A DNA stretch of 64,000 bases, taken from NCBI RefSeq assembly GCF_910592395.1, contig NC_088308.1, positions 1,860,001 through 1,924,000 on the forward strand, given 5' to 3'. Position numbers and translations under genes: made by a program. The notes under the pieces were generated by a model. The model was not told where the DNA came from. It saw only the letters and a program-made list of their open reading frames with translations, and ran no database searches. The DNA is from Lineus longissimus. Its lineage: Eukaryota. Shown here piece by piece: positions 12,901 to 27,687 of the stretch (its first letter is position 1; every line of letters begins with the position of its first letter).

Positions 12901-15474
12901 TCAATACTGTCTGCACAAGCTTCAGAACAACGGAGATATTGAATGTCTTGTAGCTTCTATCTTTGGCATGGTCAAGAGCATATTATGATTAAAAGAAATA
13001 CATGTAATCTGACCGGAAGTTTCAGTTTTTCTTAGCACAAAGGATGTCTAACTATTACCAATTTTAGTTTCGAGAATCAAGTCGCATCATTTCGATGCAT
13101 AACCGTAACCGAGACGTTTGATGTCATTGTTGCATTCTATTAAGCTAATTTTTATGTGTTTGTTTCCGACATGCCTAATGGATTACTGGTTGGTGAGAGC
13201 ACAGGAGCTTCCTCTAATGATGGCAAGATGCGACAAAGTGACGGCACCTTTCCAACCATCAAACTACATTGTAGTAAAATATGAATGAACCAAGCCTTTC
13301 GGCAGATTTCTTAACCTTGGAAGGAGCCAACAGTTTTGTAATAACAGTAAGCAGTGGTGCAAGAGCTTCAAATCAAACTCGGCCGCCAGAATGGCTTAAG
13401 GGTGCCCGAGGGAATTTCAGCAGCAGCCCAAGTCGATTTGGACAGAACAAGCATCGATTACACCACCAAGCGATATGTTAACAGAGAAAGTTACCACTAG
13501 ACACATATACACAGGTCACTTGTACCCGGGCCAGGCGCCTAGTCTGTTTCTCTATCTGTCGATGGGGAATCAATAGAACTAACCATTGGAATCAGTTTCA
13601 TCCATTTGCCTCATCATTGTTAAACCAATCTTGCGCCCAATGGACAATTCATGTTCCTTTTCAGACATTTGAGACGAAGCCAAGTATCTTCGATCCGATG
13701 TCTTGCTTGGGACGTAGTATATAGTTGGCCAGGGCGAATCTTTGATATGATTTTGACAACACTGTCCACGGCTATTTCTCAACAACTTGATGCAATATAA
13801 AACGAAGAAGGACCGAACGAATGGATGAGGTCTACGTTTTCTGTCTATGGTTTTGATTGACACCGAGGAATTGAGGTGTTTATCTCAATACCTTCTTTGT
13901 CACTTTCACGACAGGCACATGGCAAGTACTGTGGTAACTTAAATGCAATGTTACGAAGAATGCTTTGAATTAAATTCCTTTTATCAGACAAATAAATCAC
14001 TGCCCAGTACCATCAATATTTCTAGACCAGACTTCTCGAGCTAATGATCCCCTTGAAATCTCGGGTGCTATATTTTATATCCACGAGTATGTACAGGGAT
14101 TGGCGAAGCAGAAATTGGCGAAGAAGGAAGGATGGTAACACATGCTTTTTTACTTATAGGTTTTACTACTGGGTATACGGAATACTGTTGATCACAGTAA
14201 ACACGTGTATATAAGATATATTGTTCTCTTGCCGTGGTGCCTTCAAAGTACCGAAGGCTTTCATCTTCCTTCCTATTAGAGGGTTGATCTCACCGCCAGT
14301 GTGAAATACAGTTTCCTTGTTGACGATTCATAGGACCATAGGACTTAGGAACGGCGTTACTGATTAAGTACATGTAATATTTTAAGAGGTACTGCCTGTG
14401 CTCTGGAGATCGTCGGGGTGTTAAAAACACTGCTTGTACACTATACTGTACAAAGATATGAAGACATGGTATGACGCCTGCTATGGAAAATGGAGTTATA
14501 ATCCTCGTCTTAATGACTGAATATCGGCAACATGGGTCTCGAGGGATCTTGATATCAATAACATTGTATTTATGTATATCATGTCTAATGGTCGTCTATA
14601 AACAGAAGCAAGGGAAAATATCCAGAGCAGACAGAAGCGAGTATAAGAAACATCATTGGAAGACATGCTGCTTCCGACTTGTTTTTGGACCAGGTGGTTG
14701 TGCAACTCGGTGGTCAAGGCGATAGTGATGAATGTTAGGACTTTCCCAGTAAATAGGAAAGCAATAATTCGATTGAGTGAAACGGAATTGTTTTGCTCTG
14801 ACGTAGTGCGACTGTGCGAAGAGGATGCAAGTTTCAACACCGACACAAAATTTACCTTCAGTTATTTTCATTCCGATGGTTACAATTCATGGTAAATGCT
14901 CACAGACAGGTTGTTAGTCCGTGTAGACAACAGATGCTGAATTTCGAGAGAGCAGGATGCGATGAGAGAACATGTGGGCCCCCAAAACTCCCTATTCGCG
15001 GAAACGCGGCGTGGAATCGTGGAACGTGGGTTCATCTCGAATTAGGAAGGAGTATGAACGCTTTTAGAAGGGATGAAATTTTAATATCGCCCTTGCACTA
15101 CTTGCAATAAAGACAGGTTCGCCCCCATCTACCAATGCTATAAAATACTCAAAATTACTATTGTACACAGTGAACGCGGTTATGGAATCTTGATATGTGC
15201 AAGGCAAATGATATATGCCTGTACACTGAGCTGAATGAGTAAAAAAACATGCAAGGCGAAGAATTAAAAGAGATACCTACCTTTTTGGCTCATCTATGAA
15301 AATATACGCTGTTACATCTGTTCCATCAGGAAGCACGCTGGTGTCGTAAAAGAAGGCATTGGGATCTCTATTGAATACGAACTTATTGTCCCGACTAGAC
15401 AGTCTCCTTGCGCAGGATTTTTCATATACCAACACCGTCACCATAACCACAAGATGTATCCATCGGCAGGTCAT
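6929..15474 (-). CDS. NDNF: Neuron-derived neurotrophic factor (NDNF/Nord)-like secreted fibronectin type III protein, about 553 aa, 3 coding exons
   Basis: Exons (minus) 15474-15281, 10228-10101, 8268-6929 join in frame with GT-AG introns (1662 nt incl. stop). Hydrophobic N-terminal signal peptide (MTCRWIHLVVMVTVLVYEKSCA). Motifs RYFFLVEQENVPIAITITPC, FPELPPDP...VVEWDPSPT, YFVDVFAV, CHSVTVAWLGT...YCLY and terminal YKAVRTKTRSKC resemble NDNF family sequences as I recall them. Confidence 0.93.
9855..9935 (+). mobile_element. Probable 3' end of an L2/CR1-type retroposon
   Basis: TGTAAAGAGCATGCGAGCA...GTGCGCTATATCAATGCATAT followed by a (TTAC)n-like tail, the typical stem-plus-microsatellite layout of L2/CR1 3' ends. 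Confidence 0.4.
12190..12400. repeat. Degenerate tandem repeat in an NDNF intron
   Basis: Recurrent modules TGCT(A/G)TGCCTGCC, CCGTAAAGGAC and GTAGATGACACTTTGTC(G/A)GGA. Confidence 0.7.
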
Positions 15475-18400
15475 CTTTAGCACTTCCAAGGCGGTGGTTA
15501 GTCCTGAAATGGGATATATAGCAAGTCAGTGCACTAGTTGGTGCCAATCACGTGTTAGCCGGCTTATAGAACCGCTTGCCGCGCTATGGCTGTGGCGCGC
15601 AGTCCGTGAACGCTAGTATTGGGTTGAGTTTAAGCTTGTGGACAGTCTCAAGGCCGGCGAAGCGCCGCATGCTCGTTTCAAGCGTCATCGCGGTTGCTGG
15701 CTCGTTAGCCTCAGCTGATAGAGTGAAACTTCCTGGCACCGGGCGCATGGTATATAAGAGGCCGTCGGTGTAAGGGTGTATTAGCATCAGCAGGCGTAAA
15801 TGGCTCAATGAAGCCTCGTAAATGTCACTCGGGTGAAAGGCTCTCCTCCTCTCAATGGTGGATCACCACGAAATTCAATATTAAAGTTTTATAGTTATTA
15901 AAGTTGTCTAAGATAGGAAGCTTTTTAACAAATCTGCCCCGAAAGAGTCAAATGCAGTGTGATTATTAGATTATCGTGAATAGTGATCTGTCGAGTCCGG
16001 TTACATCGTTTATATTATTGGGTAACATAAACGTTGGCGGTGGGGTGGTCGTATGCTTTATTTTCGGTCAAACAAGCTGATTTCTCCGAACTCTCATTAC
16101 ATTAAAACAGGTTGTAAATTCAAATCAACAAACAGCCAGAAATCGTGTTAGACTCGAAGTGTAATGGCCTGAATGAAACTGAATTGCGCTGGTTTAAGTT
16201 TTGATATAAAAAGTCTGGATGTCTAGACAACTCACAGAGAAAACACGTTGCGGAGTTGGTCGAATAAATCACAGGTAAATTCATTCAAAACAACTTGTTA
16301 CAGAGAAAACTTTTAAACGAACTGCAAGGTGGAATATGTTTATTACAAGAACATTGCATTCGAAACAACTTGAACATATTTCTCTCGTGTTTGTATATTT
16401 ACTCTTGAATCTCTTAGTAGCAATTGCCTGTAAAATGCCATGTGACTGCCAGTAAAAACGCTAGATCTGTCCGTTTGCATAGGTTTCAAAACTGTGACGG
16501 CATCGCGGGTACGACGAACGGGCGATGAACTACAGGACTGCCTAAAAAGAGACAATCTGGAGAAGGAGCTGGTCGCCAAAAGACGGCAGTGAACTGGATC
16601 TATTCTGCCCTCTCTCACCACCCAACCGTAAAAGCTAATTGAGTATACAAAGGGAATTATGAAGACTTTATCGCGATGCGAAGAGGACTCTAAATGCAAT
16701 CTGGTCAGAATCAGCGCTTTTAGTAGGATGTTAAAAACGGCAATCCAATAATGTTTTGTTGTAAACGAGCTCAATCTTAAGGTGCAGTGTGAGAATATCT
16801 CGGGTTCTTTCTTTCAAAAAGAGTATATATTCTTACGTCGTAATTAAAGTGTTATCCAATTTGTACATTTACCACTTTCTATCTCCTATTCAGAAAGGTA
16901 GGGTATACATTCAATATTATTGCCATGATGTAGAAGTAAATACACCTTGTTTGGCGTGTTGCCAGTAGCCTTGTATCCAACCTAATTTATATTCGAGTAA
17001 AATAAAAGAAGAATGTGAAAGGTACAACACCACAAACGAGCAGGCCATAGTTAATTATGCGTTAAGATGTTTATGTGAGAATATTTCCTCATATTCTAAA
17101 CACCATTGAGAGAAAGAAAAGAGGAAAACACAGCAGTCACCTAAATCGTTTCCATCTGCTCTAGGCCTTCCTACAGCAGCAATGGATGGGCAAAACAAAA
17201 GAAATCATGCTTGACAAGTTGGCTGCCACTGCAGACAGCTCCGTCCCATTTGGCCAAAAGTTGGTGTGTAAAATACTTTAATCTAGGCCTGCCAAGGTTA
17301 GATCGGACTCCCCCGACACACCGCCTACGGAAGAGGAAGTTTATGGCCTGTAGGCCACGGGCCAAGGACGAAATATGCAAAGTTCCAGTGGACAATGGAA
17401 CACATTTGTTTAAGGTTTATACGGTGCTGATTTCAAGAATGATTTTTGCACATTACATCAGAGATGGCACCCTTAAAAAGGCCGAATGGTCCCAAAGTAT
17501 TAAAGGGGTCAAAAAACTGATGTCGACGAATCTTGCCAACATGGGTATCAAAATGAAGGTCTGTGAAAGTACCTGAACATGACATAGTAACTGACCCCCT
17601 TGTTGTCCCCCCCCCAGGAGGGTAAAAAGGCCAAAAGCGGCATCTAAGGCCTTCTAAATTTTAAACGTTTCTGGGTTAGGCCCCCAGACCCCGTCGGCGC
17701 CCGTGTGCGAGTGCAACTTGGACCCCCCCCCTTCGGCGAAACATGCTGGATCCGCGCTTTCATGGACTCAGTTCGGTCTTGACCGGGCTGGCAGACATGG
17801 TACTACATTGTACATGTCTTACGTAGACAACAGACGGACTAAATGAGGCTTTGGCGGCCTGGTGCACTCATAATATGCACATAAATCAATGGGATGCTTA
17901 GCATCAATACATATGAGAATTTCGCCTAACAATGTGCAAGAAAATGCATAATATTACTCTGTGGGATAATAACCAAGTCAATCTGTCTGGTACTGCGACC
18001 GACAAGCGGATCATGGGCAATTTAAAAGCAGGACTACGTGATCGGTTAGGGATTTTGGGGTCAGTTGAGTGAAGACCCGACTCGTCATCACTGAGTCAGA
18101 CAGCTAATCAGTAATCGTCAGCATCTTGTTATACTTAACTGAATCAACTGCTTTTTCATGACATTTACCAACCGAAAAAAAGAGTAGAAAGAAAGCGACA
18201 AGTAAATTTGCTGTAAAATTACATCATCATAAAAAGCTGAACTTAGTTCCATCAGTCTATTTGAAAGATTGGTTCCATATTCTTTATCGATGGCATGAAG
18301 GAAATCTATTGTTGTTATCGTATGTTACATGCACGTTTTTTCCCCTAATATTTGTGAACATGGTGAAAAGGACAGAGGTGATAAGGCATGTCAAGTCTTC

Positions 18401-21307
18401 AGAAGTGTCTAAAAGCCTAAACTTCGCTGTTGCTGAGCGGCGGCGATTGACGGTTACACGTTGTTGCTCCAATAGGCGCAATCAGAGCCGACGAGACTGT
18501 GCTGACGATAAGAGACGGGATCTGTAGTACAGAATGGGATATGATTGACCTCTCGGGACGTGAGGGGACGGTATCCACAAAGAGTGCACCAGCCACCGGT
18601 CGTTACAGTCCCGAAGCTGACAGAGTAACGTTACAATTTGGTCTGAAGATGAACGACGACTCGAGTGGCCTTCGAATGTGCAATTTGGAGATCGCATCTA
18701 TAAGTCTATCACACATTTGTATCACATAAAGTGCATAACAATTTATCACGAAAATCAATAAAAACGAGATTAATCCTAGCTAAACATTGCACCCGCCATA
18801 GAGGGGCCGATCAAGGGAGCTCATAATTCATTAAATACAGTTTAGCTTGCTTTCTCAGCCAGACCCAAGACTGCAGAAACGATTCTGGCCAGACAATCGA
18901 CTGAGCTCCAGACCTCTTTCCCAATTCCAGGGCACGTATTGATCAGGACATGTATATTAATAGAACAACCGCTTACCTAATTTTACCCGATAGGGCAGAC
19001 TAACCACACTCTCAAAATACATACTGGATGGTTTCAAGATTAATTATAAGCAAATGGTAAGGAAGATTCGCTACAATTAGAAAACACGAAATTAGCGTTT
19101 GCACATTTCCGAGATGACGCTCTACGAACCCTTTAGGTCAAAATCTGCGTGCGAACTACATGGATTAGGGGAGGGGGCTCAGGGCGGCTACCCCCTTACA
19201 AATACCGAAATGTGGGCATTGCCACAGAGCCAATTTCTTTACACGAGAATTCCTGTCACAATTTTTTTCATCATCGCTATTCTAAATGTAGCGTATACCG
19301 TAAACGTTGTAACATTCATACTAACGATGATGCCAACCTCAACAATATATAGTTACCTCATTCTATCCATGGTAAGTTGATAGTCCCACGACAGTTCAGT
19401 GCAGACACTAGTCATGCATTCAGTTGAATGCTGGTTAAATTTGAAGTAAACGAGTTAAGTTTAGGATTCGGGTGAACGCATGTAAGGGCTAGGGTCATCA
19501 TTAGCATCACAGTAACTAACAACGTTTACGGTATGTTTATGCTAAGGAAAGGCGATGATTTATAAAAATACGGTGTCCGGAACTAGCGTAGGAAAGAAAA
19601 CTATGCAAATAAATCAACAAAATGGTGCTGATTTCAAATTTCGAACTTACTCGTATAAGAAGTATTTGGTACCAAGGCCTATCCATTTTCTCCACCTGGA
19701 ACCAACATGTCCGCTTGAATCTTGGAAAATCTGGACTGGTTGATTTTTCTAAGCTTGACTCGACTAACATTATATCAGAACCACCACTTGATATCCAAAC
19801 TCCACGCCGAAATGAGCTCTACATGTCGTTCCCGCCTGCAAATGTAGTCCCGGTAACATCGGCCTGGAGATCGGTGGCAATCAAGGGGCCAAGACTAATC
19901 CCCGGGAAATGTGCCATATGGGTCAATATTATGATGATTATGTGTCTGTGTTTTCCGAATTGCAGGGTATCAGCAGGCCCCGGACTTCTCAGGAAAAGAA
20001 ATGTTGACGTTATTATATTGTTATTGTTGTAATTAAACAAACTATTGGCCAGCATAAAGTTATCACAGTTTTTTTCCAGGCTAGTAGATGTTTCTTGTTC
20101 AGGTGAAACCTGCCTTTTGCACGGTCCCATTTAAGTAATTTTTTTCGGCCGACGTTTCCCCAGTTTGACAGCCCAACTGCCAGCATACAGCAGCACCCTG
20201 GCTGACGACAAGGTTTTTCACTTAGGTATTTATTCACACCCGGCCCCATAGACATCAGAATTAACAAACTCTTCCCGTCCAGTCGATTCTTCTCGCCATA
20301 TCGAATGCATCACACTAGACGTCCGACAAGGCGCCATATAATCGAGAAATTATCGGAAAAGTAACTGGAAAGTGTCACTGCGTCGGTGGATTGTTTGCTA
20401 ATTGCCCACATGGCTGCCATTAGATAACAAAGTTTTAATGAAAGCAAACCACGAACGTGAGCAGAAGAAACATTTGTGGGCACGTTGCTGTCTGTGTCAA
20501 GGGAAATCGAATGGGTTATCAGGCGAACGATCGTGTCTGTCGGAGATGATAGGTCAATGCAGTACATCCACATCAATGATGGGACTGACTTAATCATGAG
20601 TTGTGTACAGCTAGAAGACAGAGTCAGAGATGCGTTGTGCGGGGAGAGAGGGTCAGAAAATGTTATTTCGTCCCGGCCAGTGTACGCCATTGCGTTGATT
20701 CGCGAGACATACAAAAATGTACTACGCGCATTGTACATTCGTGTTCGTTGCAGTCAAAGGCGTTACGGTGTACCGTACACGTGGTTTGTATATTCATAAA
20801 AACCACGGAAGACTCCCCTTGCAGCCACTCACCTGTTCTACACCATTGAATTTGATGGATGATGCCCGTCTATTATAAGTCAATTGCGCGGAAAGTTGGG
20901 TAATGAGGCCAAAGTAGCAGACAGGTCGGCATGATCATGTCAATCCATCACCGCTCCCCCCGTAGGTATTGTCTCAATAGTAACCATATGTCTAGCTCCC
21001 TCCTAGAGAAACGTTAAAAAGTGCGATTCACTGCCGAAAAAAACGGGTTAAAGTACTTTCTGTGACACTTAGAGTTATAACTATGATATATTATACATGT
21101 ACAATAAAGAGGTGGGTCACGGAGTCAGACAACTGAGGGAGACGGGGCGGAGCCTATCCCTCGGTTACTGCTACGTAAAAACGGGCGTGATTTTTTATTT
21201 TAGGCAAATCCTAGTTCTAATGTCATAGCTCAGATGGCAGCACTTGACAGTGACGGACTCGTAAAGATGTGACAAATTTCGTACGAATTTCATACGAATT
21301 GATGAGA

Positions 21308-21445
21308 GATCAGTGCCAGCTCTTGGCGATGGTGTATTGGGGGAACAATCCATCTTGATGACAGATCAGTGCCAGCTCTGGGACATAGTGTAGTGGGAGA
21401 AGAACACACCTTGGAGACAAACATCAGTGCAAGCTCTGGGCAGGC
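21308..21445. repeat. Three diverged tandem copies with a period of about 56-58 bp
   Basis: ATCAGTGC(C/A)AGCTCT recurs in copies starting near 21308, 21364 and 21422. Confidence 0.65.
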
Positions 21446-24400
21446 CGAACGTAGAGGATTTGAGATGATTCTGCAACTTGGTCGGTAACCATGACAGTTT
21501 ACGAGGGGTTAATGTACCAAAGAAGTACAGCATATGTGAACACAATATGTAACTATGAACTATTGTAGCGTGCATGCCAGGTTAATACAGGTGTGTGAGG
21601 AGATTGTGTTCTTTAGTTATTTCGGAGGCCGCCAAACATATGTAGCCTATGATGCTATGATTTTCAGCACAGCCACCCTGAATTTATACTGTCTTGTATG
21701 AAGGCTAGTGCATACACAGTGTGGCACTGAACATGTAATGCCCGGTAAATTTCACTCGAAGTACCGTTGCATGATTTGTCTCTGGTCGTTTTGGGAAATA
21801 TTCTTGCGGTTCTTGCCCATGTGCCCTTTTGGGAGAGCGACAATTGACAGAACACGCGTTATCAGCCGTCAGATGGTTCCACTTCACCTGAGCACAATAC
21901 ATCGGGACATGTTTACTGAGATAATAGGGGTGTCCAATCGACCTGTTGTCCCTATCGGAATAATGAGCATATCCCATTCTCCATCGTGCTTCGCGACTGA
22001 AGCGAAACGAGTCGGACTTACATGTACAATGCATATCACATCGCGTGAACCACCACGCTGTTCATGGTTTCGGGGACCAATGGAGACAGAGTATCCTCCT
22101 GTGCAACACAACAACGATTAGTTTTTTCTTAATGCAACATGGGTCACATTGGGCCTATATAAGCCTACTGAAGCAACATCATGAAGTTGCAGCCAACGAA
22201 AATGTATTCTAGATATTTGGTTGTGCGGGGGGGGGGCGGGGGGGCTGGTATTTTAATCGGCATGAGGTAACACAGAGGCAACTCAGGGAATCTGAAATAT
22301 CTGGCTAGGTTCGCCTATGTTTATCAACAAGAGGAGAACTATACTGAGACTTGACGCCAATCCAGAGGATTTAAACAATCGGTAGTAACGGGAACGTGTA
22401 AATAGACAGAACACTCGATTAGTAATATTGAGTCTCTTTTAGTGCAAATTCTTCGTCTAACAAGAGCTTGCTTTGAGAGTGTTGCTGTCATTGTGACTGT
22501 GGTTTGGTCGAAGGATGGGCGGGCAGAAACGGCAACAGGTAAGCTCATGGGCCTATTGTTAGATTCCCCTCGTCATCAGCCCTGCTCGTTGAAGCCTAAC
22601 GTTATCTATAACAAGAGGCCTAAGGTGCATACTCGGCGATTAAATACCATATGCCGATTTCTTAGATTTCAACAGCATCTTTATGGGCAGCCACCGGGGA
22701 GTATTAATGTTATCTTTCACAAATTCCACGCTTGACTTTCAGTAATAGAACAGCCTTTGGTGTTCTTTGTCAAATCTATTAGACTGCTCAGTCCGATTCT
22801 ATCTATCTTTTATAGCGATCAACATCGTCGTCATCGTAGTCGTCGTCGTCGTCATCGTCATCACCATTTGGCAGAATCCCCTCAGCAGTAACTCATTGTA
22901 TTATGCGATAAACTGCATCAACAACAAGTAAAATGCCATGACAGTTTATCACTTCTTGGTTATACAGAGTCTTTCAATTAACCTATTGTTAAAATTTGAT
23001 TCAAAGTTAATTCATTGAAAGACTCTGATGTAGTATATCAGTTGCGAACGGTAATTATTGCGCTTGCCTCTGCTAATGGTGAGCTCTTGAAGCTTACCAA
23101 ATTGATCGCTTCAAGCAGTAGGCCGACATTCTTGCGGCAACGTATCTGAATCCAAGAAGCCACATTCGTCATGGATACGTTTCCGCATACAAATTCTCGG
23201 TAGGCCTACAGCCAGCAGCTTCAACAGGAATTTTGATCCCTGTACACGTCCCTTTTAATGCACAAGAAGATAACGCATTTTCTGTTTGGGAAAGAACTAG
23301 CTACCTACCAGACAAAACATGATAACACGCCACAGACTTTTGTTATTGTTTCTCTGAAGGCCTACAGGTCGTAATTCTACATGTTTCTTGACATAGCCGC
23401 GTAGCGCAATGGTACCAGGGAGTTCATTCCGCCAGTAAGTAAATCACAGTAGCCATGCAGTCGTATCAGGTCTGCATTTAATCGAACTTTGAAAGTCTAA
23501 ACTGGCCTCTTCTCTGGTCTAATATTGCTAATATACATGAACGGCAAGGGCCGATGGCTATTTCAAATAAACTCAAAGGTACCGCAATGGATAACACTAA
23601 CCAGAGTAATAGAGGTTAATATCGACCAATAACAGATTAATAAAACTGCTCTAAGGCACCTTCATATTATGTGAAAAAGGCTTAACTTTAGTTTGTTTAG
23701 CAGAGATGAAAGAAGGGCTTCTCTCTGCATTCGATGTTTCATAACAAATACATCCCGAGCAAAGATTCTCTCTGTCGATATGCAGCAGCCAGAAACCACA
23801 CGATCGAAAGAGATGTCCAGCAACGAGAGCAGTCTGCTGTTAGGCAGGCAAAGTGAAAGGGTTCCTTGTATTTCCTTAAATTCTTCGCAGACATACCGTT
23901 TTTCATGCTTCTCTTTCAAATTTCCACTATTGATGAAAAGAGAAACGCTAAGATTAACGTGACATTTTTGTTCGTTTTCTTTCCACAATAGACATGGCCA
24001 TAATTCGGTTCGATGTAGACTTCAGGTTCACATGGCCCGACCTGTTAAGCACGGACCAATGAGAAGTTATGAATCGAATGCCATAATGTTAATTCCTAAA
24101 AATCTTCATTCGGTATCAATTTTCATTTGATACCTTTGTCCCAATGACTTATAACTTGTATATAGCCTATATGTCAACTTTTCTGTTCTTAATATCTGGG
24201 TCTGATGTCCACTCGCATGCGTTCATACTGTATATGTACTGTACATGTTCGCATACATGTACATTCACTTAATACATGCAATGTACAATAATATCCGCTA
24301 TATCAATGGCAATATTTTGCAAAGACGTTTCCGGAAACTCTAGGCCGCTATCCGGGAAAAGCATGGCTGAAATCCAAGTAAGGCCAACATGTTGAGGTGA

Positions 24401-27400
24401 ATCCTTTGAAGCATTGCTTCTTCTGGTAGAGCTCTCGGCTGACCTGACCCGAAGCTGGATTTCCCTGTTTGTCTGGGAATAATTTAATGCCTACGACATG
24501 CATTGGTGATGATACAGATTGATTTCCGCCATGTTCCCCCGTCCATGTTTGACGTGACAACCAGTTGCACTTCGAGTTCGGTACGATAGATTACCAATAC
24601 GTCTATATCCATAAAACTCTTGATTATTAGCGGGCAATATATCACGTTATCTTTTGTCTGTTGGTCTCGTTTGTTGACATTATTTCTCTGAAGAACCACA
24701 ATATCTTCAAAATACTGATACGGCCAGGCCTTATCGTAAATATATATATACTGCAACAGCCAGGCTGAATACAATGCGGAACCAACCGACACTTGACCGA
24801 CATCCAGGTCGTACAACTGCGGGAAGCAAAGATCAACTGAGGTCTTGGGATGCCATCCGTGCACAGCCAACGAAGAATTCGCACCATCTGACTGGAGATG
24901 TTGCATCCAGCTAGGAAATAAGTCACCGAGTCACCGAAGGTAAACGAGTACACTGAATGTGTTAATTTCCGAGAGGAGTGTCTTCATAAACTTTTGCACT
25001 GACTGGCTAGTCAACTCTTTTTAGGGTGCGGTTTGAGGGCATGGTTTGGTGGTACATGTATTCTAAAAATGACAATTACGCGCGTAAAATGTTTTTTAAT
25101 GTTTCTTTCTGGGTATAATACTTTTTCATATTCCGCTTCAGCGAGTGAAGTACCCAACGATACCAACTAAGGTCGAAGCGGCCGGCCTTTGGATGCACGT
25201 GGACAACAAAGTTAACATTGTGCGCGGGTATAGAATTTAAACTCGAAGCGGTTAGCCTTCTACGCACGCGGTAAGCCAAGGTTGTGCGCCAAATGACTAG
25301 TACATAGTCAAACTATCAAACTAGCGTCTAAAATAATGGGTTCACCATTCCAGACGCGTATACATGCGGTGCTGCTGATGAAGGCGCTAAGGTACTAGTA
25401 ATTTCGGAACGAAGTATATATTTGCAACAGCAGCTTTATATACACAATATATATATACGGTAAAGTTCCGGGCCAGTAGCAGCAACTAATCACACCAACG
25501 CGCGCAACTAACCTGGATCTAATGTCTGCAATAACTTGGTGGACTTACCCAGAAAACGCATGCAAAGCAGGTTGCAGTAAAATCCTCTGCTATCAAGATC
25601 GCCAGTATCCTATCCACGAAACTGTCGCACGATTGTTGATATTAGTTTTGAAATCCAGCGAGTTTGCATCATTCACACTATACACAGTTCATCTCGTGAC
25701 GCAGCCGTACTGCACCTCTGGATCACGTGATCTCCATTTTGAATATTTTGAACCAATTATCAGTGTATTTGAAATGGGATATAAAGCAAATGCTCATCTT
25801 AACGGTTCGCTTGGTTATGTGAAGGTGTACGCGCCAAGAAGGCCCTATATCCAAGACGACGTAATTAGTTATTGCTTCGGAAATCAAAGCGAAAATCTAG
25901 ACAAATTGCGTGATGATGTTGCGAAGAACGGGATCGCCGTAATCCGTCTAGAACTCCTGGTTCTGGGCTAATAATGAGCAGTAACTTCCAGCTTGACTTC
26001 GCCTTTGCTGTATCATCCAGCAGCCTCACAACGAATAGAAGTATACACAGAAGGTGTTCAGGTGAACGCAGATTCTAGACCGACCAAACTGTTTTGAGAT
26101 GCTTTCTTGGCCGACAATTATTAACGGCGCCTGCGCGATATTAATAGACAGATCCAATTCCAGCTTCAACTCCTGGCAGTTAGAGACCTTAAAGTACTGT
26201 AAACCCGTCATCATCGTTATCGACAATACAAATGATTATAATTCTTAATGGCCATGAGATACAATGTCTTCTAGACTTTACTATCATACGATCTCAGTTT
26301 CCACTCAACATTATAGTTACCTCGATGATTACAATCATATCAAGTTTGATTGCCCTCAAGTATTTAAAAAAGGCACTTGATGGCTGTGAGGTTCTACAAC
26401 CTTAGCTTGTTTTAATGCCAGTGTCGTCGAACGGTATTGGGGTAGTTCCACGCAAGCGTGTGTTGCCGATGCACCGATCCGCATAGAGACAATCGCGGCA
26501 CGGAGGGCTCATTTTGGATCATGATCGGAGAATTCTGATTACTTTCCGTCAGTTTTTACTTTTTCCATTTTGTGTGGAAGGTGACAGGGCAGTCGACAGT
26601 TTGGTAATATTACCCTTAATTCATTCGGTGGTCCTGCCTACATATTCATTGCAGCAACTTCTTCATCAGTTCATACAAAGCCAATAGCAACACTACTGCA
26701 GTATGGCAACTTCCGGTTACTCGTTGCCTTATTCCGACTTCAAATATGATGTACAAAGCAATGACATCTCAACAGATCAACACCAATGACATTGGTACAA
26801 GCGATCTTTCCATAGGAAAACCTGAAGTCTCATACAATAACAATTGCTTTACAGCAGGCTTATGCAGCGCGTGATGTGTGTCACTTGCTGATGTTGAGTG
26901 TCAGTATTTAACAGTTGTTAGAGAACTAACCAGGTAACAAAGGACCTGATGACGCATACCACCTGCCCTACTCAAGTTAGATTTTCTCGTATACTTTCAC
27001 GCTCTTATCTTGGCAAAATATTTTCCTGTTGACTATCAGGTAAATGGGCGTATCAATACTCCACGCTAAACTCCGTCTTTAACTTACATGTGAGTTACCA
27101 GTCTTACTCTGGTACATCGCTAGGATTTCATGTCGAAAAAAACATATATGCTGCCTACATGTAGGTGCGTGACATGTACTTTATGTCTTTGTCCAGCGTT
27201 TTGCTTGTAATTTGCACTTGAGGGATCCGTATCTTACTCTTTATGACCAAAGAAAAACCCACATTGCTCAAAACACTTCATCTCTACATTACAACAAAGG
27301 CCCGCCTATAAGTGTCACCTCCAGGCAGTTGTATGTGCACATGGGATCTTAATGTGTGAAAGAGTTACCCGGGTGATTGGCGGTGTCCGGCAAATACGCT

Positions 27401-27687
27401 CGCAGATGTGCATCACACAGTGACAAATATGGAGTTCAATTCAATAGAGTATAGAGGAAAGTTCATCGACGAGAGGTTTTTGCTTGGTCGCCATTGCCTA
27501 CCCCACTAGACTCTGACATCCGGTGAGCCGGTCATGCGCAAGACGTCGAATAAAGGTTAGGCGCACGGTGACACGAGGGCATTCACCAAGGGGGCTTCAC
27601 TTCGTACTTATTCACGAACGAGGACATGTTCTCAAGAAAACACGGGAAAGAAGCGCATGCTCGGACGCACGTTTTGAATTTACTTTG

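Noticed and set aside
16040..16052. GLI-like site GGGGTGGTC upstream of NDNF (Drosophila nord is a Hedgehog target)
   Set aside because: A single mismatched 9-mer is expected by chance; insufficient on its own.
23394..23440. tRNA-like start GCCGCGTAGCGCAATGG
   Set aside because: No anticodon or T arm and no acceptor-stem partner; at most a decayed SINE fragment.
25522..25971. 149-aa plus-strand ORF upstream of the GPCR
   Set aside because: No recognisable domain and no convincing splice linkage; cannot be supported without homology or expression data.
27523..27687. 55-codon N-terminal extension of the GPCR from GTG at 27523
   Set aside because: Non-ATG start from the ORF caller. ATG at 27688 gives a normal receptor N-terminus with an N-glycosylation sequon (NVT).
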